Source: Elusimicrobiales bacterium (GTDB lineage Bacteria; Elusimicrobiota; Elusimicrobia; Elusimicrobiales; UBA9959). Taken from it: DNA of 22,408 nucleotides. The notes below the pieces were generated by a model. That model was given only the letters and a program-made list of their open reading frames with translations. It was not told the origin of the DNA and did not search any database. The DNA lies in NCBI GenBank assembly GCA_049972095.1, contig JBMFKQ010000028.1, forward strand, positions 1-22,408, read 5' to 3'. Positions 17,104 to 22,408 of this stretch are shown piece after piece (position 1 is the stretch's first letter; every line of letters starts with the position of its first letter). The position numbers were made by a program, and so were the translations under genes.

Positions 17104-19074
17104 ATGGCAGAAGATTTCATAAATCAAATTTTAAATAATTTTTTAAAACTTTCAAAATTTTATGTGAAGATTAAACCTCTCTCACCCTCCCTATATACAC
17201 TTGAGCAGTCAAACAAGCTTCTTCTTAGCTTAAAAGAGCCATCTCCACCCTATCTTGAGATCTCACACCCAAGGCTTATAAAAATAGCAGCTAATGAAAG
17301 GTTTGAGATCTATGTTGATTCAAAAAGGCTATGCGAAACTGATGTGATAAAACTTATAGGTTTTATGAGCTACTCGTTAAAGCCTAAAGAGGAGGCAGAG
17401 TTTTTAAAAGATGCAGACTACTATGCCCTTGCCTACTATTATTCTGAGATAAGAAAAGAATCTCATCTCTATTCCCTTATGCTTCATAGATTAGGGTTAA
17501 CAGAGTATGCATTAAAGCTCATTGAAAACAATAAGGATGATAAATCAAGATTAGTTCTTGCAACAATATTAACAGAGATTGGGGATATTAAGAAGGCTGT
17601 TGAGGTTCTTAAAAATATAGAATCAAAGGATTATGAAATACAAAAGAATATAAACTATGCATGGCTACATCTTGCAGCAAAAAAACCTGAAAACTCAAAA
17701 AAAATTTTTAGTTATTACTCATCGCTGACACATCCTCACTTAAGACAGGAGGTCCTATTTGGACTTGCGTTAAGTTCTATGGAGCTTGGCGAGGAAATAA
17801 CTATGATAGTAAAGCTGTTAAACGAGGCATCAAATCTTGAAGGGTATTTTAAGGCAAGCATAATGAGAAAACTTTTTGAAATATACAAAGATATAAATGA
17901 TCGGATAAAAGCCTTAGAAATCGCAAGGTTTTTATATAATTCTTTGCCAGATACTAATTTTATAAGCACAATCATTGAAGCAGGCAAAAAAAACCCTGAA
18001 GATCTTTTACTAATTTATGATCTTGCACTTTTTAGACCAGAGATGGCAATCAAAATTTCAAAGGATTTAGACATACCTCAAAATCCATCAATAATAGTAA
18101 ATAAAGAATCATCTTTACTTGTTAACTCAATCCTACAACCTGAGGATATATCTAAGCTATCATCTGTAAAAAAACAAATACAGATCACACATGGTTATGA
18201 AATAGACCTTACATCAAAACTTAAACCAGATGCAGTTGGTGATATTATTTCAGAAATGGCATTTGAATTTTTAAAAGAGCTTGAAAAGGAGTTTTCAAAA
18301 AAAATCTATTTTAATCTTGAAGGTGTTGATGATGTTGAAAGAAAGATAAGAATAACCTCAATGAGTGAAATAAAAGAAGATAAGGCTATTAGTATATTTG
18401 AGAAAAGCTCCTACTTTCTTCTTTATCTCATAAGGGAAAGGTTTAAAGCAAAGATAAAAATGATAAAGGAGCTTGATATCTGGGCATCTCAAGCAGTTAT
18501 TCAAAACCGTTATGGTATTGAGATGATAACATATCCTGCTGCCAGGATATGGCGCTTTAAGTGGGAAGAGCCAAAGCCACCTTATGGATATCTCAGGTTA
18601 TATGTAGAATATTTAAATTCATTTATGAATCTAAATGAAGAACCACCATACGGAAGGATGGCTATAGCATTAAGATATAAAAGTGATGAAGAGAAGATAT
18701 TTGATGCACGGATAGAGCATAAAAAAATCCTTGAGGTTGCAAAGGATATAAATGAAACATCATATCTTGCGCCTAACCCTTCTTTTCTTGCAAAGCTTGA
18801 AGCTGAGATTAGAAAATACTTTAAACCATCAATACCACCAACAGTAGATGGATGGAAGATACTTAGATGTTTTGCCCATATATTTCTTGAAATGATAATA
18901 AAAGAATTCTCACCAACATGGTATTGTGTTGAGAGAAATGATGGACTTTGGGCTTTCGAGCTTCCTCAAAAAGTCTTTGTATTTCCTGTTGGTAAGGTTT
19001 ATAAAGCTGCTCTTACAGGTGAAAGTCTTGAAGATTACTACAAAACCATTCAAAGAAACTATCAAAGAACATAA
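17104..19074 (+). CDS. cytoplasmic hypothetical protein with TPR-like repeats and two related C-terminal domains
   Basis: Helical repeats such as LVLATILTEIGDIKKAVEVL and VLFGLALSSMELG. ATG at 17104 is preferred over GTG at 17068, which is only 9 nt from the divergent rdgB start. Confidence 0.8.
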   Translation: MAEDFINQILNNFLKLSKFYVKIKPLSPSLYTLEQSNKLLLSLKEPSPPYLEISHPRLIKIAANERFEIYVDSKRLCETDVIKLIGFMSYSLKPKEEAEFLKDADYYALAYYYSEIRKESHLYSLMLHRLGLTEYALKLIENNKDDKSRLVLATILTEIGDIKKAVEVLKNIESKDYEIQKNINYAWLHLAAKKPENSKKIFSYYSSLTHPHLRQEVLFGLALSSMELGEEITMIVKLLNEASNLEGYFKASIMRKLFEIYKDINDRIKALEIARFLYNSLPDTNFISTIIEAGKKNPEDLLLIYDLALFRPEMAIKISKDLDIPQNPSIIVNKESSLLVNSILQPEDISKLSSVKKQIQITHGYEIDLTSKLKPDAVGDIISEMAFEFLKELEKEFSKKIYFNLEGVDDVERKIRITSMSEIKEDKAISIFEKSSYFLLYLIRERFKAKIKMIKELDIWASQAVIQNRYGIEMITYPAARIWRFKWEEPKPPYGYLRLYVEYLNSFMNLNEEPPYGRMAIALRYKSDEEKIFDARIEHKKILEVAKDINETSYLAPNPSFLAKLEAEIRKYFKPSIPPTVDGWKILRCFAHIFLEMIIKEFSPTWYCVERNDGLWAFELPQKVFVFPVGKVYKAALTGESLEDYYKTIQRNYQRT

Positions 19075-19119
19075 CCTTCTGTCTGCCATTAAAAGATAAA
19101 TTAGCTTTGTATCTTATAA

Positions 19120-19146
19120 TTAGCACTCTTGACAAATGATTGCTAA
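19120..19146 (+). promoter_or_regulatory. CIRCE element 1 (HrcA operator)
   Basis: TTAGCACTC-N9-GATTGCTAA; one mismatch to consensus TTAGCACTC-N9-GAGTGCTAA. Confidence 0.93.
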
Positions 19147-19157
19147 TCTGCTATAAT
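19129..19157 (+). promoter_or_regulatory. perfect consensus sigma70 promoter TTGACA-N17-TATAAT
   Basis: -35 at 19129-19134, inside the CIRCE 1 spacer; -10 at 19152-19157. Confidence 0.92.
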
Positions 19158-19161
19158 ATAA

Positions 19162-19188
19162 TTAGCAGTTATCTAACATAACTGCTAA
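19162..19188 (+). promoter_or_regulatory. CIRCE element 2 (variant)
   Basis: TTAGCAGTT-N9-AACTGCTAA, a perfect inverted repeat over the expected transcription start. Confidence 0.85.
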
Positions 19189-19214
19189 ATAACTTACCAG
19201 TTAAGGAGGTGTCT

Positions 19215-19640
19215 ATGAAAAAAGGATTGTTTCCAATGATAAGACCAAGCGAGGTAATAAATCAGTGGTTTGAAGATATATTCGAACCTCAGCTGTCAAT
19301 TGGATCATGGAAAGAAACATATCCCAGGATTGATATGAAGGAGACAGAAAAGGAGTTTATAATAAACGCGGAGATACCAGGTGTTGATAAAAAGGATATA
19401 AGGTTAGAGGTAAATGACAATATGCTTACAATCTCGTTTGAAAAAAAACAGGAAAAGGATGAGAAGGATAAAGAAGGATGGAGAATAGTAGAAAGAAGCT
19501 ATGGTAGATTCCAAAGAACCATATCCATTCCACAGCCTGTTAAATCGGATGAAGCAAAGGCAAGCTATAAAGATGGTGTTCTTAAAATAATTCTTCCGAA
19601 ACAAAAAGAAACAAAAATAAATGAGATAAAGATAGACTAA
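19215..19640 (+). CDS. Hsp20/alpha-crystallin small heat shock protein
   Basis: PRIDMKETEKEFIINAEIPGV, ERSYGRFQRTI, ASYKDGVLKIILPK, terminal IKID; ATG at 19215 follows the AAGGAGGT SD. Confidence 0.95.
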   Translation: MKKGLFPMIRPSEVINQWFEDIFEPQLSIGSWKETYPRIDMKETEKEFIINAEIPGVDKKDIRLEVNDNMLTISFEKKQEKDEKDKEGWRIVERSYGRFQRTISIPQPVKSDEAKASYKDGVLKIILPKQKETKINEIKID

Positions 19641-19664
19641 TTTTTGAAAAAAGAGGAGGTATGT

Positions 19665-20108
19665 ATGAGAGACATTATAAGAATAGCAGATGAAATTATA
19701 AATATGAAAAAGAATATGGATAGACTCTTTGAAAACTTTTTTAGGCCCTATAAAAAACCTGTCGGTGAGGGGTCTGAGGAGGATATATCCTTTACCCCTC
19801 CCGTAAATGCAGTTGAAAATAATGATGAGGTTATTCTCTACATTCTTATACCATTTGCTAAAAAAGAGGATATATCCATCAATATAAAGGATGGTATACT
19901 TAGTGTTGAGGGGAAAACCTTATTTAAGGTTAAAGAAAAATCGGAGGTTTTAAGAGACGAAATACCAACAGGGTATTTCTCAAGAAGCTTTAAATTAGCT
20001 ATGAGTATAAACCCCTCAAAGGTAAAAGCGTCCTACAAAGATGGGATTCTTCAAATAAACCTTCCCAAAAAAGAGGAGGTAAAAGGAAATAGGATAGAGA
20101 TAGAATAA
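19665..20108 (+). CDS. Hsp20/alpha-crystallin small heat shock protein
   Basis: PPVNAVEN, GYFSRSFKL, ASYKDGILQINLPK, terminal IEIE; ATG at 19665 follows the AGGAGGT SD. Confidence 0.93.
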   Translation: MRDIIRIADEIINMKKNMDRLFENFFRPYKKPVGEGSEEDISFTPPVNAVENNDEVILYILIPFAKKEDISINIKDGILSVEGKTLFKVKEKSEVLRDEIPTGYFSRSFKLAMSINPSKVKASYKDGILQINLPKKEEVKGNRIEIE

Positions 20109-20127
20109 AGCCTTTTAAGGAGGTTCT

Positions 20128-20748
20128 ATGAAGAAATTTCTCATAGCCCTGCTGATATTTGCAGCAGGAATAATAGCAAGTTTTCTTGTTGCACACGAGA
20201 AGGATAAAAAATATGATGATGTATACTACTGGGACAGACTTTTAAAAAGACACATAGAGGAAACGAAGAAAATGGAGAAAGAGATATTTGATTCCATATT
20301 CAATGACAAGTTTTTTTCAAAGGATTATGACCCCTTCATGGAGATAGAAAACTTCAGGAAAAGAATGAAAAAAATGCTTGAGGCTGTTGACTATGATATA
20401 TTCAGCAATTCTTTTAACAGATGGTTTGATGAAAGGATAATAAACCCAAACTCTCATCTTACTGATATCAAACTTATGACATCTGAAAATGATGAGATAT
20501 ATACTGTTGAGATAGAAAACACAGAGCCTAAAAACCTAAACATATCAATAGATATAAAGCCTGATCATATAAAGATAACATCGCAAAGAATGGTTGAGAA
20601 TGAAAAAGAGCAAAAAAATATAAAATCATACCAATCCTCATACTTCAAATATATAAGATATTTCTCTCTCCCTCCACACATAAGAGGCAAAGATTATTCT
20701 ATTGAAAACTCACCAAATAAGATAATTATAAAATTCAAAAAGAAATAA
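20128..20748 (+). CDS. divergent Hsp20-like protein with N-terminal signal peptide or membrane anchor
   Basis: AAGGAGG SD; MKKFLIALLIFAAGIIASFLVA leader; DPFMEIENFRKRM; C-terminal alpha-crystallin-like pattern (ENDEIYTVEI, ISIDIKPDHIKIT, YIRYFSLP, IIIKFKK). Confidence 0.7.
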   Translation: MKKFLIALLIFAAGIIASFLVAHEKDKKYDDVYYWDRLLKRHIEETKKMEKEIFDSIFNDKFFSKDYDPFMEIENFRKRMKKMLEAVDYDIFSNSFNRWFDERIINPNSHLTDIKLMTSENDEIYTVEIENTEPKNLNISIDIKPDHIKITSQRMVENEKEQKNIKSYQSSYFKYIRYFSLPPHIRGKDYSIENSPNKIIIKFKKK

Positions 20749-20777
20749 AAAGAAAAAGTTGTATAATTGTATTTAGT

Positions 20778-20848
20778 TCCGGGATGGTGTAACGGTAGCA
20801 CAAGTGGCTCTGGACCACTTGGTCTAGGTTCGAGTCCTAGTCCCGGAG
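20778..20848 (+). tRNA. tRNA-Gln(CTG), CCA not encoded
   Basis: Acceptor stem TCCGGGA/TCCCGGA with G discriminator; anticodon arm AGTGG CT CTG GA CCACT; T arm CTAGG TTCGAGT CCTAG; TATAAT at 20762-20767. Confidence 0.97.
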
Positions 20849-20871
20849 CTTGTTTTTAGCTAAAATAAATT

Positions 20872-21663
20872 GTGAGAAGAAGAACACTAAAAAGATATAA
20901 ACCAAAAAGAAGAGTTAGACTAAAACTAACCATCGCATCATCTAATAGATTTTTAATCTTTTTGTCCTATCTGGTTATAGTCTTATTTCTTATCTTCTCA
21001 GTATCTAAATACTCATCCAGATTTGCAAAAATTGGAAGCATAAACCTTACATCCTCAATCATCAATAGAATAGTAGTTGACAGCTCCCAATTAGAGATCA
21101 AAGATGATATTGAAAAGATTTTGTCCTTGAGGCAGGGAAGCAAATACTCAAAAGATGTTGAAAAGGCGATAAAGGATGAGATTCTTGAAAAATATCCCTT
21201 TCTTGAAATAAAAACATCCTTCAATCCTGTGACAGGGGTGATGAAGATAAAGGCATCAATAATGAAGGCAATAGCCAGATTTGATGATAATAGCGAATAT
21301 CTTTTTGATGACCTTAGTATAAGAAAAAAAGCCCATGGTGACACATCATCTTTACCAATAATAAAGATACATAATAAAGATAAAGAAACCCTTGAGACTG
21401 TAAAAAGTATAATCCAGAGTGAATTTTATAAAATTGCCAATCAACTTACAATCTCTGAAACTAATCAAGGCTTTATAATTGAATATCCTCAGGATCTTGA
21501 AATACTTATAAACCGAGATTTTAAATACAGAAAAGAAGACTTTGAAAAAATAAAAGAGGTTATAATGGATGCAAGATCGAGATTTTCCCTTCCTTTGAGA
21601 ATTGATGCAAGATTTGTGGACAGCCAAAGAATTATAGTTAAGACTATTGAGAATGGGAAATAA
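20872..21663 (+). CDS. FtsQ/DivIB-like cell division protein (divergent)
   Basis: Basic cytoplasmic N-terminus, single TM helix, POTRA-like segment, C-terminal RIDARF...IIVK resembling the FtsQ IDLR motif; 263 aa. Confidence 0.6.
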   Translation: MRRRTLKRYKPKRRVRLKLTIASSNRFLIFLSYLVIVLFLIFSVSKYSSRFAKIGSINLTSSIINRIVVDSSQLEIKDDIEKILSLRQGSKYSKDVEKAIKDEILEKYPFLEIKTSFNPVTGVMKIKASIMKAIARFDDNSEYLFDDLSIRKKAHGDTSSLPIIKIHNKDKETLETVKSIIQSEFYKIANQLTISETNQGFIIEYPQDLEILINRDFKYRKEDFEKIKEVIMDARSRFSLPLRIDARFVDSQRIIVKTIENGK

Positions 21664-21804
21664 AAGCTGTTCACCTGTCAAGTCAAAATAGATCTAATCA
21701 TGTTTTTCTCACATCTTTGTCAGTTTCGGCTACTCTTAGGTTATTTTTAATTTGTTTCGTTTTCTTGTTTTAAGCCAGTCATTTTAGATAGAATATCTTA
21801 TAAT

Positions 21805-22408
21805 ATGTTGTTTAGCTGTGATCACGATGCGCATAGACATTACCTGAATTCTACGAATCAATCCCTCTCACAAAAGATTTGCAGAAACACATTTTTTAAT
21901 GCTATTGGACGATTATGGGGAATATTAGTTGCTTTGGTTTTAACTCCTTATATTATTCGTCATATTGGTGTTGAACGATATGGCATATGGGCACTTGTAG
22001 GGGTAATAACAGGTTATTTTGGTTTATTGGATTTTGGAGTTGGGACATCTTTTGTAAAGTATATTGCTGAATTTTATGCAAAAAGGGATTATGAAAAAAT
22101 AAATCAGGTTGTAAATACTGGATTTGTTTTTTATACAGTATTTGCGATACTGATTATCGTGTTGGGTTTTCTGTTTATCAATCCGCTGCTTAGTTTTTTC
22201 AAAATACCGCCACAGATGCTTAATGAAGTGCGTTTTGTTTTTCTGCTTGGGATTATCATCTTTGGTGTTTCTAATGCTTTAAGTCCTTTTTTAGCAGTTC
22301 AAACTGGGTTACAAAGAATGGATATTACCAATAAAATATCCATAGCCGTTTCTATCCCTACGGTTCTTGGAACAGTATTCTTTTTAGAAAAAGGCTATGG
22401 TCTGCCTG
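21805..22408 (+). CDS. Wzx-type polysaccharide flippase (MOP superfamily), partial, runs off the right edge
   Basis: Not in the ORF track. Frame is open from 21751 to the end: ...SLSQKICRNTFFNAIGRLWGILVALVLTPYIIRHIGVERYGIWALVGVITGYFGLLDFGVGTSFVKYIAE...; the start codon is uncertain. Confidence 0.88.
   Translation, partial: MLFSCDHDAHRHYLNSTNQSLSQKICRNTFFNAIGRLWGILVALVLTPYIIRHIGVERYGIWALVGVITGYFGLLDFGVGTSFVKYIAEFYAKRDYEKINQVVNTGFVFYTVFAILIIVLGFLFINPLLSFFKIPPQMLNEVRFVFLLGIIIFGVSNALSPFLAVQTGLQRMDITNKISIAVSIPTVLGTVFFLEKGYGLP

Noticed and set aside
392..21681. Other short overlapping ORFs in the track (e.g. 392..736, 1829..2101, 6112..6360, 12316..12708, 16514..16867, 20967..21344)
   Set aside because: They overlap well-supported genes, mostly antisense, and show no recognisable motifs.
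21668..21690. TGTCAAGTCAAAATA as an IS terminal repeat
   Set aside because: No partner repeat or transposase in the window.
1..22408. CRISPR array, rRNA, integrase or transposase
   Set aside because: No regularly spaced repeats or matching sequence/protein motifs seen.

Overview
AT-rich bacterial chromosomal segment. The protein families suggest an Elusimicrobia-like diderm, but that is inference only. A ~20 kb core block lies between two apparently foreign regions. Left: an accessory region (1-~1092) bounded by an isolated 5' half of tRNA-Thr(TGT), probably an att site. Core, in order: two paralogous secreted proteins, dedA, a 1750-aa SprA-like (type IX secretion translocon-like) outer-membrane protein divergent from lptF-lptG, DJ-1/PfpI, a secreted hypothetical protein, an rdgB-hypothetical-histidine kinase-LysM/FecR operon, a TPR-like protein, three Hsp20-type genes under a perfect sigma70 promoter with tandem CIRCE operators (the third appears exported), tRNA-Gln(CTG) and an orphan ftsQ-like gene. 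Right: the start of a Wzx flippase with different codon usage. Most notable: the SprA-like barrel with its neighbouring secreted proteins, a shared TAGGACC / GGAC-N4-GTCC motif upstream of secreted-protein genes, the truncated tRNA-Thr, and the signal-peptide-bearing sHSP.
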